Counted from the stretch's first letter, positions 26,935 through 36,440 are shown. The stretch: 42,135 bases of DNA from Acutalibacteraceae bacterium (GCA_051894195.1 JBJFIB010000135.1:1-42135); one strand, 5' to 3'. The notes: a model not told the origin generated them from the sequence alone. Program-made: numbers and translations.

Positions 26935-27566
26935 AAATTCTTATGCTGTGCGGAAGTCCACGACCACAAAAAAGTACATCACACTATTTACTCAATGTAC
27001 TGAAAGAAAGATTGTGTAATGAAAATGAAATTCTGATGTGCAATATTGCGGGAAAAAATCCGGATATTGAACGGACTGTTCTGGAAAATGCGGAAGATGT
27101 TGATGTAATTGTTGCTGCATTTCCGCTGTATGTTGACAGTATTCCGGGAAGTTTTCTGAGAGTGCTTGAAAATATTGAAAAACAGATTAAGGAGCATAAA
27201 GTCGATTGCAAGTTGTATGTTATTGTCAATAACGGATTTTATGATGCAAAACAAAACAGTATTGCTATTGATATTATGTGGAACTGGTGTGAAAAATGCG
27301 GTATGACAAAGGGCAGAGCAATAGCTGTTGGTGCAGGAGAAATGGTACAGGGCATACCGCTCGGAGCAGGACCGATGAAAAATCTTGGAAACGCTATAAA
27401 TCAGTTTACTGATGATATACAACACAGAAATACCGGCGAAACAATTTTTGTTGAACCGAATTTCCCGAGATTTTTATATAAAACAGCGGCACATATGGGT
27501 TGGCACAGAAATGCAAAAAAGAACGGTCTTAAAATTTCAGATATTAAGAAAACAGATATAAAATAA
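26931..27566 (+). CDS. Flavodoxin-like NAD(P)H-dependent oxidoreductase family protein
   Basis: MKILMLCGSPRPQKSTSHYLL is an FMN phosphate-loop type sequence. There is a 4-nt ATGA overlap with the upstream gene. Confidence 0.65.
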   Translation: MKILMLCGSPRPQKSTSHYLLNVLKERLCNENEILMCNIAGKNPDIERTVLENAEDVDVIVAAFPLYVDSIPGSFLRVLENIEKQIKEHKVDCKLYVIVNNGFYDAKQNSIAIDIMWNWCEKCGMTKGRAIAVGAGEMVQGIPLGAGPMKNLGNAINQFTDDIQHRNTGETIFVEPNFPRFLYKTAAHMGWHRNAKKNGLKISDIKKTDIK

Positions 27567-27600
27567 TTCGTAATGCGTAATTCGTAATGCGTAATTATTG
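27564..27600 (+). repeat. Heptad-repeat intergenic element, TAATKCG class
   Basis: TAATTCG TAATGCG TAATTCG TAATGCG TAATTAT. The first TAA is the stop codon of the 26931..27566 gene. Confidence 0.9.
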
Positions 27601-27655
27601 TGAGTGACGCAAGTTTGATGTGCTGAGAGAATTTATTTATGAAAGGAAACAATAA

Positions 27656-27961
27656 ATGCTTACAAGTAAACAAAGGGCGTTTTTACGCTCTCTTGCAAAT
27701 GATATTGATACAATAGTTATGGTCGGAAAGGGCGGCATAAGTCAGCAGATTGTCAAACAGGCTGACGACGCCCTTACCGCAAGGGAACTCATCAAGGGTA
27801 AAGTCCTTGAAACAGCGGGAGTTGACGCACGGGAAATTGCCGAACAGATTGCCGCTCAGACACAGTGCGATGTTGTACAGGTAATAGGCTCAAAATTCGT
27901 GCTTTTCAGAAGAAATCCGAAAGCACCGAAAATTGAACTGCCCAAAGCCAGAAGAAAATAA
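27656..27961 (+). CDS. yhbY: YhbY-family (CRM-domain) RNA-binding ribosome assembly protein
   Basis: LTSKQRAFLRSLANDIDTIVMVGKGGIS...ELIKGKV, about 100 aa, upstream of nadD as in the B. subtilis yqeI arrangement. Confidence 0.88.
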   Translation: MLTSKQRAFLRSLANDIDTIVMVGKGGISQQIVKQADDALTARELIKGKVLETAGVDAREIAEQIAAQTQCDVVQVIGSKFVLFRRNPKAPKIELPKARRK

Positions 27962-27966
27962 TAAAT

Positions 27967-27994
27967 TTTCAACTTTCCATTTTCCATTTTCAAT
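27967..27994 (+). repeat. Heptad-repeat intergenic element, TTTCMAY class
   Basis: TTTCAAC TTTCCAT TTTCCAT TTTCAAT (then TTACTCG), beginning 5 nt after the yhbY stop. Confidence 0.8.
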
Positions 27995-28016
27995 TTACTC
28001 GACTGGGGTGTTTTGT

Positions 28017-28613
28017 GTGAGAACAGCTATGTTCGGCGGCAGTTTTAATCCGATACATATCGGTCACATTCAGCTTGCACAGGCTTTTGTTAAAAAACTG
28101 AGCCTTGACAGAGTGCTGATTATTCCGACTTATATTCCGCCGCATAAACAGTGTGATAATTCGGTGTCGCCGCAGGACAGACTGCAAATGTGTCGTCTTG
28201 CAGTAAAAGACCTGCCGTTTGCACAGGTCAGCGACATTGAAATACAAAGAAAAGGTGCAAGCTATACTTATATTACACTGCAAGAACTTGCACAGCAGTA
28301 TAAAAATGACGAACTGTTTCTGATAACAGGTGCTGATATGTTTATGTCAATTCAGGACTGGAAACACCCCGAGATTATTTTTTCTCTTGCGACGGTGTGC
28401 GGTGTGCCGAGAAATGACGATGATATAAACCGTCTTGAAAAACAGTCGGAATATCTCAGAACTCTCGGAGCAAAAACAGAAATCCTTGACGCAGGTGTTA
28501 TCACGGTTTCATCAACTGAAATCCGCAGAAAAATACACAACGGCGAAAGCACAAACGGACTTCTTACAAATGAAGTAAGAGAATATATAGATAAAAATAA
28601 GCTGTATATCTGA
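28017..28613 (+). CDS. nadD: Nicotinate-nucleotide adenylyltransferase
   Basis: GTG 28017 follows GGGGTG with 6 nt spacing. FGGSFNPIHIGH is the HxGH motif, and SSTEIR is also present. The ORF-track start at 27933 reads through the heptad element. An alternative start is ATG 28029. Confidence 0.9.
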   Translation: MRTAMFGGSFNPIHIGHIQLAQAFVKKLSLDRVLIIPTYIPPHKQCDNSVSPQDRLQMCRLAVKDLPFAQVSDIEIQRKGASYTYITLQELAQQYKNDELFLITGADMFMSIQDWKHPEIIFSLATVCGVPRNDDDINRLEKQSEYLRTLGAKTEILDAGVITVSSTEIRRKIHNGESTNGLLTNEVREYIDKNKLYI

Positions 28614-28628
28614 AAGAATAATTTATGC

Positions 28629-28657
28629 TTGAAAGACAAATTATATGTTGGTATAAT
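28629..28657 (+). promoter_or_regulatory. Putative extended -10 promoter for yqeK-rsfS-leuS
   Basis: TTGAAA, 17 nt, TGgTATAAT. Confidence 0.45.
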
Positions 28658-28674
28658 CTATTTGTATAATTTTT

Positions 28675-29268
28675 ATGGAGTTGATAAAAGTGACAGTTAA
28701 GGATTATGACAAAATCATCAAGGAAAGACTTTCATCAAAGCGTTATGAACATTCAAAAAATGTTGCAAAAGAGGCTGTGCGTCTTGCAAAAAAATATGGT
28801 GCTGATGTTGAAAAGGCGGAAATTGCCGGAATTCTGCATGATATTACAAAAGAGGCACAGCAGGAAGAACAGTTCGATTTAATCAGAAAAGCCGGAATTG
28901 AACTCACGGAATTTGAAAGCTCAACTCCAAAGCTATGGCACGCTATTTCGGGCAGTGCTTATTTAAAGGTTATTCTCGGAATTGAAGATGAGGATATTAT
29001 AAATGCAATAAGATTCCATACAACAGGAAGATGCGGAATGTCACTTCTTGAAAAGGTGATTTTTATTGCGGATTTTACATCTGACGACCGTGACTATGAC
29101 GGCGTTGAAAAAATGCGTAAAGCCGCTGACAAAAGTCTTGAAGATGCTATGATTGAGGGAATGTCGTTTACAATATGCGACCTTTCCGAAAGAAAACTTC
29201 CGATTGCACCCGATACATTCCGGGGATATAACGAAGTGGTTTTTTCAAAATCAAAGAAAAAGAAATAA
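28675..29268 (+). CDS. yqeK: HD-domain bis(5'-nucleosyl)-tetraphosphatase YqeK
   Basis: RYEHSKNVAKEA...ILHDITKE is an HD motif. Synteny is nadD-yqeK-rsfS. GTG 28690, 9 nt after GGAG, may be the true start. Confidence 0.87.
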   Translation: MELIKVTVKDYDKIIKERLSSKRYEHSKNVAKEAVRLAKKYGADVEKAEIAGILHDITKEAQQEEQFDLIRKAGIELTEFESSTPKLWHAISGSAYLKVILGIEDEDIINAIRFHTTGRCGMSLLEKVIFIADFTSDDRDYDGVEKMRKAADKSLEDAMIEGMSFTICDLSERKLPIAPDTFRGYNEVVFSKSKKKK

Positions 29269-29286
29269 TTTGACGGAGGGAATTAA

Positions 29287-29679
29287 ATGACTTCACTTGA
29301 AACAGCTGAACTTGCTGTCAAAGCACTTGACGGCAAAAAAGGACTTGATATAAAACTTATTAAAATTGATGATGTATCGTCAATCGCAGATTATTTTGTA
29401 ATTGCAACGGGTACATCAAATACTCATGTTAAGGCACTCGCAGACGAGGTTGAATTCAAACTCGACCAGAGCGGAATAAGCGTAAGTCACATTGAGGGCT
29501 ATCGTTCGGATTCGTGGATATTGCTTGATTATGTTGATGTTATCGTTCATGTATTTTCTGAGGAGGCAAGAGAATACTACGACCTCGAAAGATTGTGGCA
29601 GGACGGCACTCAGATTGATATATCGCATATAATCGACAAAGAAACAAATCTCGACGAACAGAAAAAAGGAGAGGAATAA
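29287..29679 (+). CDS. rsfS: Ribosome silencing factor RsfS
   Basis: [35 protein letters not shown]..., [14 protein letters not shown] and YYDLERLW. Confidence 0.93.
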   Translation: MTSLETAELAVKALDGKKGLDIKLIKIDDVSSIADYFVIATGTSNTHVKALADEVEFKLDQSGISVSHIEGYRSDSWILLDYVDVIVHVFSEEAREYYDLERLWQDGTQIDISHIIDKETNLDEQKKGEE

Positions 29680-29681
29680 TT

Positions 29682-32093
29682 TTGAAGTACGAGCCGAAAA
29701 AGATTGAACCAAAATGGCAGGCAGAATGGGAAAAGGCAGGAGTTTTCCACGCTGAACAAAAAAGTCCGAAGCCAAAATATTATGCACTTGTTGAGTTTCC
29801 TTATCCGTCGGGACAGGGACTCCATGTAGGACACCCACGCTCATATACAGCTCTTGACATTGTTGCAAGAAAACGCAGAATGCAGGGCTATAATGTGCTT
29901 TATCCTATCGGCTGGGACGCATTCGGACTGCCGACAGAAAACTATGCAATAAAAAATCATATTCACCCGAAAGAAGTAACAAAGAAAAATGTTGCACGCT
30001 TTAAAAGTCAGCTGCAATCTCTCGGAATTTCTTTCGATTGGAGCAGAGAAATAAACACAACAGACCCAAGCTACTACAAATGGACGCAGTGGATTTTCCT
30101 TCAACTCTACAAACACGGTCTTGCCTACAAAAAGGAAATGGCTGTAAACTGGTGTACTTCCTGTAAATGCGTTCTTGCAAATGAGGAAGTTGTAAACGGC
30201 GTATGCGAACGCTGTGGCAGTGAGGTAGTCAGAAAGGTAAAATCTCAGTGGATGCTGAAAATTACCGCTTATGCCGACAGACTTATTGAGGACCTTGAAC
30301 TTGTTGATTATCCCGACAGAGTAAAGGCACAGCAGAAAAACTGGATTGGCCGTTCAACAGGTGCAGAGGTTGACTTTACAACAACAACAGGCGATACACT
30401 TACGGTTTATACAACACGACCTGATACGCTTTTCGGTGCTACATATATGGTAATTTCACCCGAGCACCCGATTATCGAAAAGCTGTCGTCAGTAATCAGA
30501 AATATGGACGAAGTAAGAGCATATCAGGAGGCTGCATCAAGAAAATCTGACTTTGAACGCACAGAGGTTGCAAAGGATAAAACAGGTGTCCGTCTTGACG
30601 GCGTTGAGGCAATAAACCCCGTAAATCAAAAACAAATTCCGATATTTATTTCAGACTATGTACTTGTTTCATACGGTACAGGTGCAATTATGGCTGTTCC
30701 TGCACACGATACTCGTGACTGGGATTTTGCAAAGAAATTCAATCTTCCAATAGTAGAAGTCGTAAAAGGCGGAGAAGATGTTCAGAAAGAACCGTTCACA
30801 GACTGTGCAACAGGCGTTATGGTGAATTCGGATTTCCTTGACGGACTTTCCGTTGAGGACGCAAAGAAGAAAATTATCGAAAAACTCACCGAAACAGGCA
30901 AGGGTCACGCAAAAGTAAACTTCAAGCTGCGTGACTGGGTATTCTCCCGTCAGCGTTACTGGGGCGAGCCTATTCCGATTGTTCACTGCGAGTGCTGTGG
31001 TGCTGTTCCGCTGCCTGAAAGCGAACTTCCGCTTGAACTGCCTGATGTTGAGTCATACGAGCCTACCGATAACGGCGAATCACCGCTTGCAAAGATGACT
31101 GACTGGGTAAACACAACCTGTCCGAAATGCGGCGGTGCTGCAAAGCGTGAAACCGACACAATGCCACAGTGGGCAGGTTCATCGTGGTATTTCCTCAGAT
31201 ATATGGATCCGCACAACGACGAGGCTCTTGCAAGTCCTGAGGCACTTGAATACTGGTCACCTGTTGACTGGTACAACGGCGGTATGGAGCATACAACACT
31301 TCACCTGCTTTACAGCCGTTTCTGGCATAAATTCCTTTATGACATCGGCGTTGTTTCTACTCCTGAACCATACGCAAAACGCACAAGTCACGGTATGATT
31401 CTCGGCGAGAACGGCGAAAAAATGAGTAAGTCAAGAGGAAATGTAATAAATCCTGATGATATAGTAAACGAATATGGTGCAGACACACTGCGTCTGTTTG
31501 AAATGTTCATCGGCGACTTTGAAAAGGCTGCTCCATGGAGTTCGGCAGGCATTAAGGGCAGCAGAAGATTTATCGAACGCTATTTCAATATGATGTCATT
31601 TATGACTGACAGTGAGGAAATCCGTCCTGAACTTGAAGGTTCGTTCCACAAGGCAATCAAAAAGGTTACGGACGATATTGAAACACTTAAATTCAACACG
31701 GCTATTGCGGCACTTATGTCGCTTATCAACGATATTTATGCGACAGGTTCAATCACAAAGGGCGAGCTTAAAGTCTTTACACTCCTGCTCAATCCGTTTG
31801 CACCACATGTTACGGAAGAAGTATGGGCAGAAAAGAAACTCGGCACAGGCTTTGCGTCAGCAGCAGAGTGGCCTGAGTATGACGAGAGCAAATGTAAAGA
31901 GGAAACCGTTGAAATCGCCGTACAGGTAAACGGCAAGGTTAAGGACAAGATTGTTGTTTCTGTTGACATCAGCAACGACGACGCAGTAGCACAGGCAAAA
32001 CAGAGTGAGAAAATTGCCGCACTCATTGACGGCAAGAATATCATCAAGGAAATTTATGTCAAGGGCAAACTTGTTAATATCGTTGCGAAATAA
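29682..32093 (+). CDS. leuS: Leucine--tRNA ligase
   Basis: TTG start after [22 protein letters not shown] is the HIGH motif and KMSKS is present. 803 aa. Confidence 0.97.
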   Translation: MKYEPKKIEPKWQAEWEKAGVFHAEQKSPKPKYYALVEFPYPSGQGLHVGHPRSYTALDIVARKRRMQGYNVLYPIGWDAFGLPTENYAIKNHIHPKEVTKKNVARFKSQLQSLGISFDWSREINTTDPSYYKWTQWIFLQLYKHGLAYKKEMAVNWCTSCKCVLANEEVVNGVCERCGSEVVRKVKSQWMLKITAYADRLIEDLELVDYPDRVKAQQKNWIGRSTGAEVDFTTTTGDTLTVYTTRPDTLFGATYMVISPEHPIIEKLSSVIRNMDEVRAYQEAASRKSDFERTEVAKDKTGVRLDGVEAINPVNQKQIPIFISDYVLVSYGTGAIMAVPAHDTRDWDFAKKFNLPIVEVVKGGEDVQKEPFTDCATGVMVNSDFLDGLSVEDAKKKIIEKLTETGKGHAKVNFKLRDWVFSRQRYWGEPIPIVHCECCGAVPLPESELPLELPDVESYEPTDNGESPLAKMTDWVNTTCPKCGGAAKRETDTMPQWAGSSWYFLRYMDPHNDEALASPEALEYWSPVDWYNGGMEHTTLHLLYSRFWHKFLYDIGVVSTPEPYAKRTSHGMILGENGEKMSKSRGNVINPDDIVNEYGADTLRLFEMFIGDFEKAAPWSSAGIKGSRRFIERYFNMMSFMTDSEEIRPELEGSFHKAIKKVTDDIETLKFNTAIAALMSLINDIYATGSITKGELKVFTLLLNPFAPHVTEEVWAEKKLGTGFASAAEWPEYDESKCKEETVEIAVQVNGKVKDKIVVSVDISNDDAVAQAKQSEKIAALIDGKNIIKEIYVKGKLVNIVAK

Positions 32094-32200
32094 TCCTTGA
32101 TTTGTTTTCGTGATTTAATGAAAAAGATTTTTTGGGATTTTCTATAACTCTTATGCAAAATTACTATACTTTTGTATGTAAATTTATTGCATTTTTGGTG

Positions 32201-32230
32201 TTGACAAAATAAGGTGCTTTAAGGTATAAT
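32201..32230 (+). promoter_or_regulatory. Sigma-A promoter for rpsU
   Basis: TTGACA (32201-32206), 18 nt, TATAAT (32225-32230). Confidence 0.55.
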
Positions 32231-32287
32231 ACATAAGTATCGTAATGACACAAACCCCTGCCTTACGGCGGATGGGAGGGAAGATAA

Positions 32288-32464
32288 ATGGCTGAAATCA
32301 GAATCAAGGATAACGAATCTCTTGAAAGTGCATTGAGAAGATTCAAAAAACAGTGTGCAAGAGCCGGAGTTATTGCTGAGGTTCGTAAAAGAGAAGCTTA
32401 CGAAAAGCCTTCTGTAAAGCGTAAAAAGAAGTCTGAAGCTGCTCGTAAACGTAAATATAAATAA
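32288..32464 (+). CDS. rpsU: 30S ribosomal protein S21; absent from the ORF track
   Basis: My translation is [58 protein letters not shown] (58 aa). GGGAGGGA lies upstream. Confidence 0.93.
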   Translation: MAEIRIKDNESLESALRRFKKQCARAGVIAEVRKREAYEKPSVKRKKKSEAARKRKYK

Positions 32465-32495
32465 TTTATAATTTGCAGTTTACACAAGAAAATTT

Positions 32496-32578
32496 AAGGG
32501 ATATTTCCAAGCGTTGTCGGTTGCCTGCGTTTGCTATGGCAGATTATGCAGCCGTACAATATGGAAATATCCTTTTTT
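32496..32578 (+). terminator. Long composite hairpin with T-tract after rpsU
   Basis: The outer 11-bp stem is GGATATTTCCA / TGGAAATATCC. It encloses nested helices CGGTTGC/GCAGCCG and CTGC/GCAG, and is followed by TTTTTT. Confidence 0.5.
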
Positions 32579-32610
32579 GCGTTTATTGAGTAACAGATGT
32601 CGTGGCTTTG

Positions 32611-32647
32611 CTACAACTCCACTCTCCACTCTCCACACTCCACACTG
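32611..32647 (-). repeat. Heptad-repeat element, GGA class, inverted orientation
   Basis: The forward strand reads ACAAC TCCACTC TCCACTC TCCACAC TCCACAC. This is the reverse complement of GTGTGGA GTGTGGA GAGTGGA GAGTGGA GTTGT. Confidence 0.9.
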
Positions 32648-32667
32648 AAAAAAGGGGGTTAATATAT

Positions 32668-33195
32668 TTGCCGATTTTAAAACCGACAGTCGCTTTGAGA
32701 AATGTTACGGATATTACTCCCGAACTGCTGAAATCTCTCGGAACAGACGCTATTCTGCTTGATGTTGACAATACGCTTGCTCCGCCTACATCAAAAATTG
32801 CCTATGACGGTGTACAGGAATGGATTGACAAAATCAAAGCCTGCGGAATTTCGATTGTAATATGTTCAAATAACTACAAAAAGCGTGTAAAACCGTTTTC
32901 CGACAGCGTTGGACTCGACTGCGTTGCTATGAGCCTGAAACCTACTCCAATCGGCTTTAACAGGGCGAAAAGACTGTTAAAGGAAAAGCCTGAATCTGTG
33001 CTTGTTGTCGGCGACCAGATTTATACGGATATTCTCGGTGCAAATCTTGCAGGAATGAAGTCCGTACTTCTTGTGCCACGCTCTGAGGAACACGGATTTT
33101 CAATATATATAAGGCGAAAACTCGAAAAAAATATAAGAAAAAAATTGAGAATTATGAACAAGGGTGAACTTTATGTCAGTAATGGAAAAAGATAA
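32668..33195 (+). CDS. yqeG: YqeG-family HAD-superfamily phosphatase
   Basis: TTG 32668 lies 8 nt after AAGGGGG. ITPELLKSLGTDAILLDVDNTL is the DxDxT motif, and VVGDQIYTDILGAN is also present. The ORF-track start at 32602 reads through the repeat. Confidence 0.85.
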   Translation: MPILKPTVALRNVTDITPELLKSLGTDAILLDVDNTLAPPTSKIAYDGVQEWIDKIKACGISIVICSNNYKKRVKPFSDSVGLDCVAMSLKPTPIGFNRAKRLLKEKPESVLVVGDQIYTDILGANLAGMKSVLLVPRSEEHGFSIYIRRKLEKNIRKKLRIMNKGELYVSNGKR

Positions 33196-33505
33196 AATCG
33201 ACGGCGTCGGAATAGACGAAAAGACAAACACGCTTGTGTTTCTTGTAGTTGACCATCTGCCGTGGATTATTGAAGAATACAGTCATCTCAAAACTTTACA
33301 GGCAAAGCTTAACACTTATATAGCCTATATCGAAACAAAACAGTATAAGTCCGTTTACCGCAACAAAGAGTTTGACAGGTTCAGAATTGAAATTGCGTTC
33401 AAGTATCAGTTTACGGAAAACTGCGAGAAATTTCTCGGAGCGGCTCGTGCAGAGCTGAAAAGCCATAATATTGATATAAAATATTCTGTTGTGCAAAACG
33501 ATTAA
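33173..33505 (+). CDS. Hypothetical 110-aa protein
   Basis: ATG 33173 follows AAGGGTGA. It overlaps the yqeG 3' end by 23 nt. No family recognised. Confidence 0.55.
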   Translation: MSVMEKDKIDGVGIDEKTNTLVFLVVDHLPWIIEEYSHLKTLQAKLNTYIAYIETKQYKSVYRNKEFDRFRIEIAFKYQFTENCEKFLGAARAELKSHNIDIKYSVVQND

Positions 33506-33518
33506 AGGAGTTATGACA

Positions 33519-33953
33519 ATGAAAAAGGTGCTTTTTATTCTCGGTCCTAATCTTAATATGGTTGGTATTCGTGACAAGGCTGTCTATGGCACGGAAACCG
33601 CCGAAAGCATAAACGAACAGGTGAAAAAATGGGCTGACGAACTGAATATTGACCTCGAAATTTTTCAGTCAAATCACGAGGGTGACATTATCGACAAGAT
33701 ACATTCAGCATACGGAAACAAGGACGGAATAATGATAAATGCCGGTGCATTGACGCATTATAGCTATGCACTCCATGACGCAATAGAGGCGGTACATATT
33801 CCGACGGTTGAAACTCATATGTCGAATGTTTATGCAAGGGAAGAATTCCGGCATAAATCGGTAATTTCTGCGGTTTGTGCAGGAACTATTGCAGGATTCG
33901 GAAAAAACAGCTATTATCTCGGACTTGTGTCGCTCAAAGATTTGATGAAATAA
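33519..33953 (+). CDS. aroQ: Type II 3-dehydroquinate dehydratase
   Basis: LGPNLNMVGIRDKAVYG, QSNHEG, NAGALTHYS and ETHMSNVYAREEFRHKS. ATG 33519 lies 8 nt after AAAGGAG. Confidence 0.93.
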   Translation: MKKVLFILGPNLNMVGIRDKAVYGTETAESINEQVKKWADELNIDLEIFQSNHEGDIIDKIHSAYGNKDGIMINAGALTHYSYALHDAIEAVHIPTVETHMSNVYAREEFRHKSVISAVCAGTIAGFGKNSYYLGLVSLKDLMK

Positions 33954-33985
33954 TCATAAAAAGTCAAAAGAAAGGAAAAATAAAT

Positions 33986-35062
33986 ATGGAGTCAAGATTA
34001 AAAATGCTTTCTGCTCTTTTGCCTGAATATGCGGACTCGGCACTTATCGTTTCAAACGAGAACAGAAGATATTTTACGGATTTTGTGTCATCTCTCGGAT
34101 ATCTGCTTGTCACGAGAAAAGAGGCATATTTGCTTGTCGATTTTCGCTACGGCGAGGCGGCAAAGAAATATGCAAAAAACTGTCAGGTTATTACTTTTAC
34201 AAATCTCGGAAATACCCTGAGAGATATTATATATAAACATTCACTGCACGATATTATGCTTGAAGGTTCGGCTTTTACACTCAATCAGGCGGCGTCAATC
34301 GAGGAGATTGTAAAGTCTGCATGTGCAAGCACGATAAAATCCCCTGAGCTTGACAAAATCATAAGCCGTATGAGAATTGTCAAGACCGCTGAGGAGGTTG
34401 ACAAAATCCGTCACGCACAGCTTATCACGGAAGAGGCTTTCAACGAAACGCTTAAATTCATAAAAGAAGGCGTTACTGAGAGTGACATAGCACTTGAACT
34501 TGAATACAGAATGAGAAAAATGGGTGCTGACGGTGTTTCGTTTGACCTTATTGTAATAGCCGGAAAAAAGACATCAATGCCGCACGGCGTGCCTGACAAC
34601 AACAAAATTCAGGCAGGAGATTTCATTACATTCGACATAGGTGCAACAGTTGACGGCTATCACAGCGATATGACAAGAACCGTTGCACTCGGCGGTGTTG
34701 ACGAGTATCAGATGAGAGTTTACAATACCGTTTTACAGGCACAGCTTAACGCACTTGACGCCGTAAAAGACTGTGCAACCTGTAATTTTGTTGACAATGC
34801 CGCACGGTCGTATATATATCAGGCTGGCTTTGAGGGCTGTTTCGGTCACTCGACAGGTCACGGAGTAGGATTGGAAATTCACGAGGCACCGTCGGTATCA
34901 CCGAAAAACAGCTTTGTTCTTCACAGCGGAATGGTTATCACAATCGAACCCGGAATTTATATTCCCGACAGGTTCGGCGTAAGAATTGAGGATATGGTCG
35001 TTGTCACAAAAGAAGGCTGTATCAATCTTGCACAGCTGCCAAAAGAACTTATTGTACTTTGA
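33986..35062 (+). CDS. Xaa-Pro aminopeptidase/dipeptidase, M24B family
   Basis: Creatinase-like N-terminal domain and metal ligands in FDIGATVDGYHSDMTRT, HSTGHGVGLEIHE and EPGIY...RIED. The aroQ-peptidase-efp order matches B. subtilis yqhS-yqhT-efp. Confidence 0.9.
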   Translation: MESRLKMLSALLPEYADSALIVSNENRRYFTDFVSSLGYLLVTRKEAYLLVDFRYGEAAKKYAKNCQVITFTNLGNTLRDIIYKHSLHDIMLEGSAFTLNQAASIEEIVKSACASTIKSPELDKIISRMRIVKTAEEVDKIRHAQLITEEAFNETLKFIKEGVTESDIALELEYRMRKMGADGVSFDLIVIAGKKTSMPHGVPDNNKIQAGDFITFDIGATVDGYHSDMTRTVALGGVDEYQMRVYNTVLQAQLNALDAVKDCATCNFVDNAARSYIYQAGFEGCFGHSTGHGVGLEIHEAPSVSPKNSFVLHSGMVITIEPGIYIPDRFGVRIEDMVVVTKEGCINLAQLPKELIVL

Positions 35063-35084
35063 GTTTTTATTTATAATAAAAATC

Positions 35085-35113
35085 TTGCAATTTTTTGAGG
35101 CATATAGTATAAT
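35085..35113 (+). promoter_or_regulatory. Putative sigma-A promoter for efp
   Basis: TTGCAA, 17 nt, TATAAT. Confidence 0.5.
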
Positions 35114-35200
35114 TAAACGAGCATATACAGCTTTTTTCTTGAATTTTGTTTTTTCAAGAATGATTAACTTTTTACACATACACAAACAGGAGGATTTTTT

Positions 35201-35758
35201 ATGATTACAGCAGGCGATTTCAGAAACGGCGTTACTTTTGAAATGGACGGACAGGTTGTTACAATCCTTGAATTCCAGCATGTAAAGCCGGGTAAGGGTG
35301 CAGCTTTCGTTCGTACAAAGATTAAAAATGTTATTACAGGTGCGGTTGTTGAAAAGACTTTCAACCCTAACGATAAGTATCCGACAGCTTTCATTGAGAG
35401 AAAGGATATGGAATATCTCTATAATGACGGCGACCTTTACTACTTTATGGATAACGAAACCTACGAACAGCTCCCGATTAACAAGAGCGTTCTCGGCGAC
35501 AACTTCAAGTTCGTAAAAGAAAATATGACATGTAAGATTCTTGCTTACAAGGGCAATGTTTTCGGAGTTGAGCCGCCGAACTTTGTAGTTCTCACAGTAA
35601 CACAGACAGACCCTGGCTTTAAGGGTGATACAGCTACAAATGTAACAAAGCCTGCAACACTTGAAACAGGTGCTGAAATCAAAGTGCCGCTCTTTATCAA
35701 CGAAGGCGACGCAATCCAGATTGATACAAGAACAGGCGAATATATGGCAAGAGCTTAA
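35201..35758 (+). CDS. efp: Elongation factor P
   Basis: [18 protein letters not shown]...[17 protein letters not shown], 185 aa. Confidence 0.97.
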   Translation: MITAGDFRNGVTFEMDGQVVTILEFQHVKPGKGAAFVRTKIKNVITGAVVEKTFNPNDKYPTAFIERKDMEYLYNDGDLYYFMDNETYEQLPINKSVLGDNFKFVKENMTCKILAYKGNVFGVEPPNFVVLTVTQTDPGFKGDTATNVTKPATLETGAEIKVPLFINEGDAIQIDTRTGEYMARA

Positions 35759-35795
35759 TTCCGTATATATGTAATTTTTTATGGGGGACAATATT

Positions 35796-36248
35796 ATGGA
35801 ACTTACAGAAAAAGCAGCATACATCAAGGGACTTGTTGACGGTCTTAATCTTGACGCAAACGACAAGCAGACAAAGGTTATAAAGGCTCTTGTTGAACTT
35901 GTGAATGAAATGGCTGAGGAAATTTCTAATCTCGAACAGTGTTATGACGATGTATGTGATCAGATTGACGCTATTGATGAGGATCTTTCAGGAGTAGAAG
36001 ACATAATCTATGATGAGGATTATGACGATGATATGTGCAACTGTTCATCATGCAATGACCTTGACGATGATATGCAATATGAGGTTACTTGTCCTACATG
36101 CGGAACAACCATAGGTCTTGACGAAGATTCTTTGAATGACGGCAGTATTGTTTGTCCGTGTTGCAACGAAGAACTCGAATTTGATTATGACAAAGACGAA
36201 CTCGACGACGAGGAAGACGACGACGAAACACCGACTGTCGAAGAATAA
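35796..36248 (+). CDS. Acidic zinc-ribbon protein (CD1247 N-terminal-domain-like, tentative)
   Basis: ATG 35796 follows GGGGGA. The N-terminus is MELTEKAAYIKGLVDGLNLD. The protein is Asp/Glu-rich and has a CPTCG...CPCC ribbon. Confidence 0.7.
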   Translation: MELTEKAAYIKGLVDGLNLDANDKQTKVIKALVELVNEMAEEISNLEQCYDDVCDQIDAIDEDLSGVEDIIYDEDYDDDMCNCSSCNDLDDDMQYEVTCPTCGTTIGLDEDSLNDGSIVCPCCNEELEFDYDKDELDDEEDDDETPTVEE

Positions 36249-36265
36249 TTTTTCTGACTTAAAAA

Positions 36266-36306
36266 GGCGGAATCTTACTGCATTAGCAGGATTCCGCTTT
36301 TTGTTT
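36266..36306 (+). terminator. Rho-independent terminator
   Basis: GGCGGAATC...GGATTCCGC, followed by TTTTTGTTTT. Confidence 0.8.
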
Positions 36307-36374
36307 TATTTTTGACTGTATAATTTTTAAGCAGTCTGATATGCGGAAATTATCTTGCTGTTATATAATAAGTC

Positions 36375-36419
36375 TGAACGCAATTCGGGTGCGGCAGCTT
36401 GCCGCCGAATTACGCATTA
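36375..36419 (+). repeat. Conserved 31-nt hairpin module, copy 2, fused to two inverted TAATKCG heptads
   Basis: 36375..36405 is identical to 16982..17012. Here the flank CGAATT extends the helix by pairing with AATTCG, and is followed by CGAATTA CGCATTA (36406..36419). Confidence 0.9.
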
Positions 36420-36440
36420 GTTATGTTGGGAGATGTGTTT

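Noticed and set aside
29640-29700. T-box leader upstream of leuS
   Set aside because: leuS starts 2 nt after the rsfS stop, so there is no room for a leader.
34898-35866. 322-aa minus-strand ORF
   Set aside because: It lies fully antisense to efp and the end of the M24 peptidase, both unmistakable. It is Cys/Asn/Phe-rich with no recognisable motif.
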